A stretch of DNA of 64,000 nucleotides. Origin: Dehalococcoidia bacterium (GTDB taxonomy: Bacteria; Chloroflexota; Dehalococcoidia; Lucifugimonadales; JAGWBF01). The number at the start of each line of letters is the position of its first letter. Position 1 is the stretch's first letter. The stretch spans positions 479,765 to 543,764 of the forward strand of contig OZ244780.1 of the NCBI GenBank assembly GCA_965219565.1, given 5' to 3'. The notes beneath the pieces were generated by a model that saw only the letters and a program-made list of their open reading frames with translations, had not been told where the DNA came from and did not search any database. Both the position numbers and the translations under genes were made by a program. Positions 18,061-26,948 of the stretch are shown piece after piece.

Positions 18061-18283
18061 CTGGACATCAACCTTCTCCCTCCGAGACCAGTACCTGCCC
18101 CGTGATCACCATGTCAGCCGTTGATGTTGCTAACAATTGTACTCCATCCCATCCCTTAAACACCCGCTGAAATGTCATATCCACTCTGCCCAACATGCTT
18201 TTGACAGTCTAATCGGCATATCGTGGTCTATAATTGGTCGCAGTGAACATCGCCCCTGATTCCCCAATGCAAGGAGAGTCGTT

Positions 18284-19426
18284 ATGACCGACGCCAGGCA
18301 GACCGAAAAGACCTACGGCCAGTGGTGGGAGTCCTCGGAGGAGCAGGTGACCGTACGGCTGTCAGCCGTCGAAAAGGTGGGCATGGCCGCGCTAGGAGAG
18401 GCCGGAGCGTCCGAGGAGGACGCCGCTTTTCTCCTCAACATGGCAGTAGCCAAGGCTCTCCAGGGCGACTATGTCCGCGGACTGGGCTCGATTCGCAGGC
18501 ACGTCACCGCTGCCAGGAACGGTTCCGTGAACATGAATCCCACCATCGAGCACCTGGCGGACAAGGGAGCTATGGCTCTGGTCGACGGCGGCCCCAAGGC
18601 CCAGGACGCCCTGGTGTGCCGGTACGCCATCGACCTGGCCTGCGACAAGGCTCAGGAGTTCGGCGTCGGCTGGGTCAGCGCCCGTAGCTCCGGCGGCTCG
18701 CTGGCTCCCTTCATGAAGAGAGCGGCGGCCAGGGACATGGCGGCCATGGTATTCATCCAGGCCAGGTTCCCGGTGGTTGCGCCTATGGGAGGCTCCAGCC
18801 CTATGCTGGGAAACGCTCCAGTGGGCTTCGCCATACCCGCCGGGCGGCACGACCCTGTGATAGTGGACATGTCCATCACCCAGACCTCGGCCAGTCCGGT
18901 GGCCGACGCTGCACGTCAGGGCAAGCCGGTGGCATCGGACATGATTCTGGACGCGTCAGGACAGCCCACCACCGACACATCGAACTTCCTGAAACCCGAC
19001 TACCAGGGCCCCCTGTTCGTTCCCCAGGGGAGCATCCTTCCTCTGGGAGGCGCGCGCAGCGGCCACAAGGGCTACGCACTGGTCTTCTTTGTGGGGCTGT
19101 TGAGCTATCTGATGACGGACACCACCCCACCCTGGGACCTGGCGTTGGACTCGGACAAGGATGGCCAGCCCGGGACCATGTTCCTGGCTATGGACCCGTC
19201 CAACATCATGCCCATCGACCGCTTCAAGGAGCAGGTGGACGATTTTATCGACCACATTACGTCGTCACCCAGGAATGAGGGTGTAGACCAAATCCTCTAC
19301 CCCGGTCAGAGGTCCCAGCTGCTGCAACGCCAGGGAAGGGAGCGGGACAGCGTGACCATGCCTGCCAGCCAGTACCACGACCTGGCCGCGTTGGCCAAGG
19401 AGCTGGGAATGGACGGGGTCCTGTAG
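18284..19426 (+). CDS. Ldh_2 family (malate/lactate/ureidoglycolate dehydrogenase-like) oxidoreductase
   Basis: VAP.GG...LGNAP..FAIP, DMS, D..GQPTTD, LPLGG...GHKGYAL, ILYPG. Confidence 0.85.
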   Translation: MTDARQTEKTYGQWWESSEEQVTVRLSAVEKVGMAALGEAGASEEDAAFLLNMAVAKALQGDYVRGLGSIRRHVTAARNGSVNMNPTIEHLADKGAMALVDGGPKAQDALVCRYAIDLACDKAQEFGVGWVSARSSGGSLAPFMKRAAARDMAAMVFIQARFPVVAPMGGSSPMLGNAPVGFAIPAGRHDPVIVDMSITQTSASPVADAARQGKPVASDMILDASGQPTTDTSNFLKPDYQGPLFVPQGSILPLGGARSGHKGYALVFFVGLLSYLMTDTTPPWDLALDSDKDGQPGTMFLAMDPSNIMPIDRFKEQVDDFIDHITSSPRNEGVDQILYPGQRSQLLQRQGRERDSVTMPASQYHDLAALAKELGMDGVL

Positions 19427-19573
19427 GCCCGAGCAAGGAGGTCCCGGCTTTCACAGTTTCAGCAACTCTATTCAACAAGGCACTAGCGGAGACTGTGAAT
19501 CGCCATCATGGACGCTTGACACTCGGAGCGGAGTAGAGAACAATGTCAAATCTAAAAGTGGGTAAACAGGTTC

Positions 19574-20026
19574 ATGCGCGACAGCAACAGTCAACTCGAA
19601 CCCATCATTGATGGTCTGATTGCAAGCGGTCAGCTTGAGATTGTTGAAAACGTGAATTGGAGACCCCGCGATGGGTATTTACATTGTACATTACGGGCTA
19701 ACCATCCAGACCATAGCGACTTACGCCTTGAGTTAAACAAGAACCCTAATATTTCAAAGTTCAGCTTTCAACTGATCGTCTACGGCAAACCAGCACGACG
19801 ATTCTGCTCCAGTCACACACACACAAACCCCCTGGACTGCAGCCAAGCTCCAAATGAGCGTTTGTATCAAGAACACAAACATCGTTGGTCCGATGAAACA
19901 GGGGATGAATGCGCCTATAAGCCGGAGAACTTCAATCTCTTTCCGCTCGAAGAGGCTTTTTTCTCATTCTGCGACGAGTGCGGCATAGAGTTTCGCGGGA
20001 CTTGGAATGACCCTCCGCCCATTTAG
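19574..20026 (+). CDS. DUF6978-like protein
   Basis: R.C....HTNP......H.H.W......AY.P......AF..FC.EC.I pattern; AT-rich insert. Confidence 0.65.
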   Translation: MRDSNSQLEPIIDGLIASGQLEIVENVNWRPRDGYLHCTLRANHPDHSDLRLELNKNPNISKFSFQLIVYGKPARRFCSSHTHTNPLDCSQAPNERLYQEHKHRWSDETGDECAYKPENFNLFPLEEAFFSFCDECGIEFRGTWNDPPPI

Positions 20027-20045
20027 CTCGGATGGAGACTGTAAT

Positions 20046-20834
20046 ATGACACTATGCGAGAACATTATTTTTCAATTGAACGATCATTTTGCCTCAGATA
20101 TGGAATGCCTACGATCGGACTCCGGCTATCAAGTTGTAAGAACTCCGTTCTTGTACCCTGACGGCGACCATATCGAACTCTATTTGCGTAGTATGGATGA
20201 CGGTCAGGTTCTCGCATCCGACGTCGGGCAGACCGTGATGAAGCTGGCCGAGTACGGATTCATCCTCCAGAATTCTTCACGGAGACGGGCTATGGCGATC
20301 CGAATCACCTCGTCACTGAGAGTGCAGTTCGACAACGGAAGCCTATCAGTTGCAGTTCCATCTGACAGAGGCGGAGCCAGGATCTGGGACTTAATGATGG
20401 CCCTACAGAGATTGTCCGATTTGGTTTACATCGAAGAGTCTACCAGCCGGGGATATGACAGCCGAGGGGTTACTTTTGAACACCAATTTGAGAATTACGT
20501 CACCGAGAAGCAAATCACATACCGGCGCGCGGTGCAAATCCAACTCTCTAATGACTATCGGTTCACATCCAACTTCACATTGGGTGAAGGGGCGATCGTT
20601 CAACTGCTCTCCGCCAATTCCGCAGGTTATGCAAGACGGAGAATGAACAATGTGTATGTCAATTTCTCCGAGATGAACATTGCCAAAGACCGCCGTGCTA
20701 GACTGGCAGTGGTAGACGATTCCAAAGACTTGTGGTCCGAGGCATTACTCGAACCTTTGACTCGTCAAGCGACGGAAGTGTTGTATTGGAAGAACAAGCC
20801 GAGCCTTGAACAGGCCCTTACAATTTATCCCTAA
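20046..20834 (+). CDS. DUF1828/DUF1829-like protein
   Basis: TPFLYPDGDHIELY, SDVGQT, C-terminal degenerate REase-like region; RBS GGAGA. Confidence 0.75.
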   Translation: MTLCENIIFQLNDHFASDMECLRSDSGYQVVRTPFLYPDGDHIELYLRSMDDGQVLASDVGQTVMKLAEYGFILQNSSRRRAMAIRITSSLRVQFDNGSLSVAVPSDRGGARIWDLMMALQRLSDLVYIEESTSRGYDSRGVTFEHQFENYVTEKQITYRRAVQIQLSNDYRFTSNFTLGEGAIVQLLSANSAGYARRRMNNVYVNFSEMNIAKDRRARLAVVDDSKDLWSEALLEPLTRQATEVLYWKNKPSLEQALTIYP

Positions 20835-20885
20835 GGAGCAGGAAACCCTGAACTTGAGAGGTCTGAGAATCCCCCACCCGTCAAA

Positions 20886-22214
20886 ATGAAGACTGACTTC
20901 ATGCGACGAAGTTTGGCAGCAGCGTTGTTGTTCTTGGCAAGCGCTTCTGTCACCGTAGGTTGTGGGGAACGCGCGCCCAGCCCGACCCCAAATCCCCCCT
21001 TGCCCTCCCCGACACAAGTCCCACCTACAACTGTTTCAGCAGTCCCTACGGCCACCCCCGGGCCGTCCTTGGAGACGCCCACCGACACGCCTTCGACGTC
21101 AACTCCTTCTCCGGAGCCCAGCCCTACTTCAGCACCCCTGCGGCCGCTGATGGTGGAGCGCGTCTTCAGGAACTTAGACTTTCGGGGCCTTACCAACCTG
21201 ACCCAGCCCGCCGCTGGAGACGACAGGTTGTTCGTCACCGAGCAGTCGGGCCGGATTCTCGCGTTTACCAACGACCAGGATGTCGGTGAGGCACAGGTGT
21301 TCCTGGATATCCGGGACAACGTTAACGACTCGGGGTCGGAAGAGGGGCTGCTGGGCCTGGCTTTCGACCCTCGGTACGACGAAAACGGCTACTTCTACGT
21401 CTACTACTCCGCCTCTGGTCCACGCCGGTCTGTCGTCTCCCGGTTCCAGCTGAGCGCCGACGGCCAGACCGTCGACACCGGCAGCGAGCTGGTTATTCTG
21501 GAAATCGAGCAACCCTACCGCAACCACAACGGAGGTCAACTTGCTTTTGGCCCAGACGGGTTCCTGTACATAGGCCTGGGGGACGGAGGGGCGGCGGGAG
21601 ACCCCATGGGCCACGGACGCAACACGAGAACGCTGTTGGGCTCCATCTTGCGAATCGACGTGTCGGAATCCACGCCGGAAACACCGTACACCATCCCCGC
21701 CGACAACCCCCTTCTGGACGACTCTGACGCCCGACCGGAGATATGGGCTTACGGGTTGCGGAACCCCTGGCGGTTCAGCTTCGACCGGGAAACGGGACAG
21801 CTTTGGACCGGAGACGTTGGTCAGAATACCTTGGAAGAGGTGGACCTAGTAGAACGGGGCGGTGACTACGGCTGGAACACGCTGGAGGGGACCAGGTGCT
21901 TTTCTCCACGCTCCTCGTGTGACCCAGCCGACACAGTCCCGCCGGTGTGGGAGTACCCCACGGGAGAAGAGGGCTGCTCGGTCATTGGCGGCTACGTCTA
22001 TCGCGGCGAGAGGATTCCTTCACTGCGTGGCGCCTATGTTTTCGGCGACTATTGCTCCGGCAAGATATGGGCCATCCGCTACGACGGCCAGGAAGTGACA
22101 GAACACTTGCTGCTGGCCGACACCGACCTGCGCATCGCTTCCTTAGGCCAGGACCGCAACGGCGCCCTCTACGTGCTCTCCCAGGACTCAGGCATCTATC
22201 GCCTGCGGCCCTAG
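20886..22214 (+). CDS. PQQ-dependent glucose/sorbosone dehydrogenase family lipoprotein
   Basis: Lipobox-like VTVGC, P/T linker, EEGLLGLAFDP, NHNGGQLAFGPDG.LYIGLGDGG, YGLRNPWRFSFD. Confidence 0.93.
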   Translation: MKTDFMRRSLAAALLFLASASVTVGCGERAPSPTPNPPLPSPTQVPPTTVSAVPTATPGPSLETPTDTPSTSTPSPEPSPTSAPLRPLMVERVFRNLDFRGLTNLTQPAAGDDRLFVTEQSGRILAFTNDQDVGEAQVFLDIRDNVNDSGSEEGLLGLAFDPRYDENGYFYVYYSASGPRRSVVSRFQLSADGQTVDTGSELVILEIEQPYRNHNGGQLAFGPDGFLYIGLGDGGAAGDPMGHGRNTRTLLGSILRIDVSESTPETPYTIPADNPLLDDSDARPEIWAYGLRNPWRFSFDRETGQLWTGDVGQNTLEEVDLVERGGDYGWNTLEGTRCFSPRSSCDPADTVPPVWEYPTGEEGCSVIGGYVYRGERIPSLRGAYVFGDYCSGKIWAIRYDGQEVTEHLLLADTDLRIASLGQDRNGALYVLSQDSGIYRLRP

Positions 22215-22309
22215 CGCTGCATCAAGCTTCCCGCCCACTTCCGGTGTTGAATCAAGCAGGCTGACCATTCCTTGAAGAATCAAGGCCATGCATATTACTA
22301 TTAGTGACT

Positions 22310-22627
22310 ATGACCGAAGAAAATATCGCCGTTCCAATTCCCATGCCAGTTGTCTTGCTTCAATGCGGCGAAGCCTTAACGGACGAATCTACGTTGCATA
22401 TGCGCGAGCCTCTGACTCTTCAAATGGAGCAAGAGGGGGAGTTCTACATCGCAAAATGCGACGAGTTGAACGAGTTCGGCTACGGCATGAACCCAATCGC
22501 CGCTGTACAGGATATACGCAACACCATAGCCGAGCTTTATTGGACATTGAAAGTGGACCAGGAGCGTCTTGGATCAGACCTCTCTAAGACTTGGCAGCGT
22601 TTGTCCGAACTAGTCTACGAAGCATGA
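22310..22627 (+). CDS. HicB-like antitoxin lacking a DNA-binding domain
   Basis: EQEGEFYIAKCDELNEFGYG.....AVQD partial RNase H fold pattern. Confidence 0.55.
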   Translation: MTEENIAVPIPMPVVLLQCGEALTDESTLHMREPLTLQMEQEGEFYIAKCDELNEFGYGMNPIAAVQDIRNTIAELYWTLKVDQERLGSDLSKTWQRLSELVYEA

Positions 22628-22893
22628 CCATCCGCGCCAGGGATTTCGATCTGCTGATCAGTAAATTCGGCTTCCAAACTCGCAACAGCGGAGATTTGCT
22701 GGCATGGTTCGAACATGACGGCAAGGTAGTCGTCCGGACCAAACGGTCGCATACCCGAGGCAGGGACTTGCCCTTTCAGCACAATATCCGCCAACAGATG
22801 AAGCTCAACGAGGAAGAGTTAACCCAGGCGCTGCGGTGTCACCTAGGCAGAGACGGCGATGTGGACTTGCTACGTCGCAAAGGCGTGATTTAA
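22624..22893 (+). CDS. HicA-like toxin
   Basis: ATGA overlap with upstream gene; KFGF......WF..DGK....TK.SH......IRQQMKL...EL...L.C. Confidence 0.55.
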   Translation: MTIRARDFDLLISKFGFQTRNSGDLLAWFEHDGKVVVRTKRSHTRGRDLPFQHNIRQQMKLNEEELTQALRCHLGRDGDVDLLRRKGVI

Positions 22894-22930
22894 GAGGGCC
22901 CAACCCAATTCCCAGTTCCCTTAGCGGAGC

Positions 22931-23944
22931 CTACACCTCGCGCAGGGCGGGGAGAAGCTCGCGGGAGATCATGTCCATGCTGTGGAGAGCGGTTTCGGCC
23001 GGCATGCCCGCCCAGTGGGTGCGGACAACGAGGTGATTGACGCCTATCTCTTCCCAGTAGGGCCTTAGCTGCTCGTAGCATTCCTCGGGCGAGCCTATGA
23101 TGAAGCGGTCCTCCAGAAGGTCGTCGAAAGCCTGATTGAAGGTCTCGTCCTCTGGCATGGCCTCGTCCTGGCCCCACGCTGCGTAGTCCTGGTACTTGCC
23201 CGCCAGGTATGGGCCTGCCATCTCCAGGGCCTTCCGGCGGTCGGAGCTGCAGAAGACCTCCTTGAGGCACGGCAACTCCGTGGGAAAGGGCTTGGCTAGG
23301 CGGTCCAGCTCTTCCCGGTACAGCCCGATCTGCCGCTTGATGGTTGCCGTCGTGGAGTGGGGGTTGATGAACCAGTTGTCTCCCACCCGTGCGGCTCGCT
23401 TGACGGCCCGGTCATTGTTGGCCGCGAACCACACCGGAGGGTGGGGCTTCTGGACCGGTCGGATGTTCATGTGCACCCCGTCCAGCTTGGTCACTTCGCT
23501 CTCGTGGGTGACTTGGTCCTCCGTCCATAGCCGCTTCACCAGCTCCAGGCACTCCTCGAATCGAGCTACCCGCTTGCCCCTGGGCACTCCGAACGCGTCG
23601 AACTCAGTGTCTCGGTAGCCAAGGCCGACTCCGAACACGAAATTTCCTCTGCATATCACGTCCAATGAGGCCACGGTTTCGGCCACGTAAACGGGATTGT
23701 GGAGGTTGAGGAGCAGGATGCCCAGCCCCAGGGTCATGTCCCCGGCCTCGGCCTGCAGCCGCGCCAGGAACGGCACAAGTTGCAGCTGCTGGTTGTTGCC
23801 CTCGTTCAAGTAGTGCTGCCCTGAGAACAGCGAGTCCCAGCCGTTGTCCCGGGCATGGCGCACCATGAGGACCTGCTCGTCCAGGGCCTCCACCATGTCT
23901 TTGTCCAGATGCTGCTGGTTGGTGAGAAAGAGTCCGACTTTCAT
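22931..23944 (-). CDS. LLM-class flavin-dependent oxidoreductase
   Basis: MKVGLFL, GQHYL, LHNPVYVAE, GVGLGYR..EF, PVQKPHPPVW. Confidence 0.92.
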   Translation of the reverse strand: MKVGLFLTNQQHLDKDMVEALDEQVLMVRHARDNGWDSLFSGQHYLNEGNNQQLQLVPFLARLQAEAGDMTLGLGILLLNLHNPVYVAETVASLDVICRGNFVFGVGLGYRDTEFDAFGVPRGKRVARFEECLELVKRLWTEDQVTHESEVTKLDGVHMNIRPVQKPHPPVWFAANNDRAVKRAARVGDNWFINPHSTTATIKRQIGLYREELDRLAKPFPTELPCLKEVFCSSDRRKALEMAGPYLAGKYQDYAAWGQDEAMPEDETFNQAFDDLLEDRFIIGSPEECYEQLRPYWEEIGVNHLVVRTHWAGMPAETALHSMDMISRELLPALREV

Positions 23945-23975
23945 GCTTCGTCTCCACGCGAGCTTCCAGAGCAGC

Positions 23976-24794
23976 CTAGTTCCCGCCTTCCAGGCCGAAC
24001 ACACGCCGGATGTTCCGGTGGAGTATGTTCGCCTTGTCCTCGTCACTAATGTCGGCGTCCAGTATCTCGTCCAGAATCGGAGGCCTCTTGGGATTGGGGT
24101 GGTCGGCGTATGACGGGCCCACGGCAAAGGTTATGTTCCTCGACCCGTGGTTCTTCACCCAACTGTCGATGGATATGCGGGTCGGGCCACCCACGTCCCA
24201 CACCACGTTGGGAGTAAGCTCGGCCAAGTACTCAAGGTATTGGGTGCCGCCGTGGGTGAAGAAGGCGTCCAACGCCAGAAAGTGCATGTCTGGGAACTCC
24301 TGGGCGAGCTTCTGAAGCCTCCAGGGGGCCTCCAAGCCCGACTCCGAGTTGGTGTGGAAGATGGCCGCCAGGCCTAGGTCGGACATGCGTCTGAGAATGG
24401 GCCGCATCCACACATTGTCAATGAAGCATCCCTGAAACCGGTGGTGCCAGCTAACGGCTTCCAGCTTCAGTTCCTGCTTGATTCGGTCGATTTCCTCCAG
24501 GCTCCGTTCGCCGTGAGTGGGTTCCACGGTGCCGGCGGCAATGCCGAAATGGGCGGGGTCCATGTTGCGGTACTCCGCCACTCCGTCGTTGACCCGCATG
24601 GTGTCCTTGATGCCGTCGGGCTTGAGGTAGCCGTGGGCGGGTTGTATCACCGCCCAGTCGATGCCCTGGCCCTTAAGGCCAGCCGCCCGTCGCTGTTGCT
24701 CTTCTTGGATTCCCAGCGAAGACCCGCCGGAGCCTCCGTCTCCCAGAATGTTGCTGAGGTCTCCGATGTGCTGGTGGGCGTCTATAACTTCCAT
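23976..24794 (-). CDS. Amidohydrolase_2 family protein
   Basis: IDAHQH, FHT, KANILHRNIRRVF; RBS GAGGAGG. Confidence 0.82.
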   Translation of the reverse strand: MEVIDAHQHIGDLSNILGDGGSGGSSLGIQEEQQRRAAGLKGQGIDWAVIQPAHGYLKPDGIKDTMRVNDGVAEYRNMDPAHFGIAAGTVEPTHGERSLEEIDRIKQELKLEAVSWHHRFQGCFIDNVWMRPILRRMSDLGLAAIFHTNSESGLEAPWRLQKLAQEFPDMHFLALDAFFTHGGTQYLEYLAELTPNVVWDVGGPTRISIDSWVKNHGSRNITFAVGPSYADHPNPKRPPILDEILDADISDEDKANILHRNIRRVFGLEGGN

Positions 24795-24923
24795 AGCTTC
24801 TACCTCCTCAAGCCGTTCCGGCACCGCCTTGTAACAGAGGTAGCACAAGCCTACCTCTGATTTGCCGCACCATAATATACCTTAAGCGCGGTCTCTGCAC
24901 GAGCATCGGCGGCCACAAAGAGA

Positions 24924-24953
24924 AAAGGGACGGGCCGCGCGGCCCGTCCCTTT
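24924..24953. terminator. Rho-independent terminator
   Basis: aaagggacgggcc-gcgc-ggcccgtcccttt hairpin with U-tracts, downstream of 24995-25426. Confidence 0.8.
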
Positions 24954-24994
24954 CAGTTGGTCCTTCCGACTACTTAAGCTGGTTACTCGGTCGA

Positions 24995-25426
24995 TCAGTC
25001 CTTGTCTACGCCGGAGTAGCTGGACTTGTCCTTGTCATAAAAACTGAAACCTTTCTTATGCTTCCAGCCGCCCCGACCGTGGCCTTTGAACAGGCCTAGT
25101 CCATCATCTGGCCGGTCCTGGAACCATTCAAGATACTCATCGGCCTGATCCTGAGTAATAAGCCCTTTCTCGACCTTGGCGTCGAGCATGGCCTCAACCT
25201 TTTCGTCCGCCATCTCACTACTGGCCTGCTCGAAGGCGTCGCTGACCGTGTCCTCGTCGAGTTCGAGAATAGAGGCCACCTTGGATATAAACGTGCTCTT
25301 GGGGGAATCCCCATCGCGGTCTCCGTCTCCGGCACTGAATCCGCCTCTGGCAAACCCGGCCCCGATGCTAAGACCTGCCGCCAAAATCCCCACGGCGACG
25401 ATGGCCAGCAGCCATTTCTTCTTCAT
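24995..25426 (-). CDS. Secreted/membrane-anchored hypothetical protein
   Basis: Signal peptide MKKKWLLAIVAVGIL..., V..G.ITQ.QADE...W...RP motif, Gly/His-rich tail. Confidence 0.8.
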   Translation of the reverse strand: MKKKWLLAIVAVGILAAGLSIGAGFARGGFSAGDGDRDGDSPKSTFISKVASILELDEDTVSDAFEQASSEMADEKVEAMLDAKVEKGLITQDQADEYLEWFQDRPDDGLGLFKGHGRGGWKHKKGFSFYDKDKSSYSGVDKD

Positions 25427-25563
25427 ATATGTCTCCTTCCCTTCTCGGTGGATGTCTCACGTCTCGGTGTGGATGTCCCGGGCACGTCCCGACAGCCACC
25501 GTACCAGCGCAGTGTCAAGGAAATGTTAATCTTGGGGCCATTTTAGGGGACTTCCCTCAAAAG

Positions 25564-25594
25564 AAGAGACCCCCGCCTATGACGGGGGCCTCTT
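25564..25594 (-). terminator. Rho-independent terminator
   Basis: aagagacccccg...cgggggcctctt hairpin after LLM stop at 25629. Confidence 0.7.
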
Positions 25595-25628
25595 GTCTTC
25601 AGTCTGACTGTAGAGCCGCTTCGCGGGT

Positions 25629-26813
25629 CTACACGATGGGCTCGGCGATGCCCAACTTCTTGACTTCGGGAAGCACTTCCTTGGCGAAGAGTTCCATGCT
25701 CCTCGTGGCCTTCTCCATGGGCATGCCGCCGTAGCGGGCGAACCCGAACATGTGCATGGGCGAAGTGGTCTCGATAGCCAGCTTTATCTTGGCTATGCAC
25801 TGCTCCGGGGTGCCGATGCAGGTCCCGGCCTCGGCTCGGAGGCGTTCCGTCTCTTCCAGCGAGTGGAAAGCCGCCCGGTCAGACGCGGCTTGCTCGTGGG
25901 AGGATGGAGGGTCGGCCTCGTTGGGCACCGGAGCGTCCGCCCCATACTGCTCGTATCCGGACGTGGCCTTAAAGTGCTCAGGGTCGTCGAACTCATAGTG
26001 TTTGGTGGCCGAGTAGTTGAATCCGGCCATCCACCTGCTGTAACCCTCTTCCGCCTCGTCCTCAGTCTCGGCGCAGTACATGAACACGCCCACCACCGGG
26101 TTCCTGGGCTTCATGCCGGCTTCGCCGCGGGTGCGGTTGTAGAACTTCAGGTCTGCGATGTGGTCGTCCCACGGCTTTTGGGGAATAATCATCAGACCGG
26201 CGCCCAGCTGGGCAGCCGTCTCGATGCTGGGAGGTGTCACCGATGAGATGTACACCTTGTCCATCAGGTTCTTGGACCGGGGGGCGGGGCGTATTACCGT
26301 CTCTGGAATCTGGAAGAACTTGCCGTCGTAGGAGAAGGAGTTCTCGGTGAGCCCCAGCCTGATTATCTCGAAGGCTTCCCGGAAGCGCTCTCGGGAAGTG
26401 TCCATGGGTATGCGGAACCGTTCGAATTCGTACCGGGCGAGGCCGCGTCCGAACCCTATGATGAATTCCCGGTCCTCGCCCAACATAATGTCCACCAGGG
26501 CTATCTGCTCGGCCACCCTCACCGGGTCGTGCCAGGGCAGCACCACGACCATGGTGGCAACGTCCAGCTTCGGGTTTCTTCCCGCGTAGTAGGAGATTAG
26601 CTGCAGGCAGTCCGGGGCCATGCAGTAGGGGTCGAAATGGTGTTCGGGAGACCAGACCGAGTCGAATCCCAGGTCCTCAGCCAGGTCGGTGAGCTGGAAG
26701 GTCTCGGTAGTCAGTTGATGGTCGGGAGTCTCGGGTTCTTTGGAGTAATCAGCAGCCAGGTGTCTATCCCAGTCATGCCAGTTGGCATTAAGATGGGCAA
26801 TGCCGAATTTCAC
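25629..26813 (-). CDS. LLM-class flavin-dependent oxidoreductase (paralogue of 15608-16729)
   Basis: WSPEHHF.PY.M.PD, VLPWHDPVRVAE, GFGRG, IIPQKPW, ELFAKEVLPE. Confidence 0.92.
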   Translation of the reverse strand: MKFGIAHLNANWHDWDRHLAADYSKEPETPDHQLTTETFQLTDLAEDLGFDSVWSPEHHFDPYCMAPDCLQLISYYAGRNPKLDVATMVVVLPWHDPVRVAEQIALVDIMLGEDREFIIGFGRGLARYEFERFRIPMDTSRERFREAFEIIRLGLTENSFSYDGKFFQIPETVIRPAPRSKNLMDKVYISSVTPPSIETAAQLGAGLMIIPQKPWDDHIADLKFYNRTRGEAGMKPRNPVVGVFMYCAETEDEAEEGYSRWMAGFNYSATKHYEFDDPEHFKATSGYEQYGADAPVPNEADPPSSHEQAASDRAAFHSLEETERLRAEAGTCIGTPEQCIAKIKLAIETTSPMHMFGFARYGGMPMEKATRSMELFAKEVLPEVKKLGIAEPIV

Positions 26814-26948
26814 GTTTAGCCTCCTTCATATCCATGAACCTTACCTTTTTTGCAGCATGGGCAGTATATCCTGTCGACTCTTATGCGTCAAAGACGCCGA
26901 CTCTCCGGCAGCCCCGACGCGCGCCCGAAACCGCCGCCGCAAGTTCTG

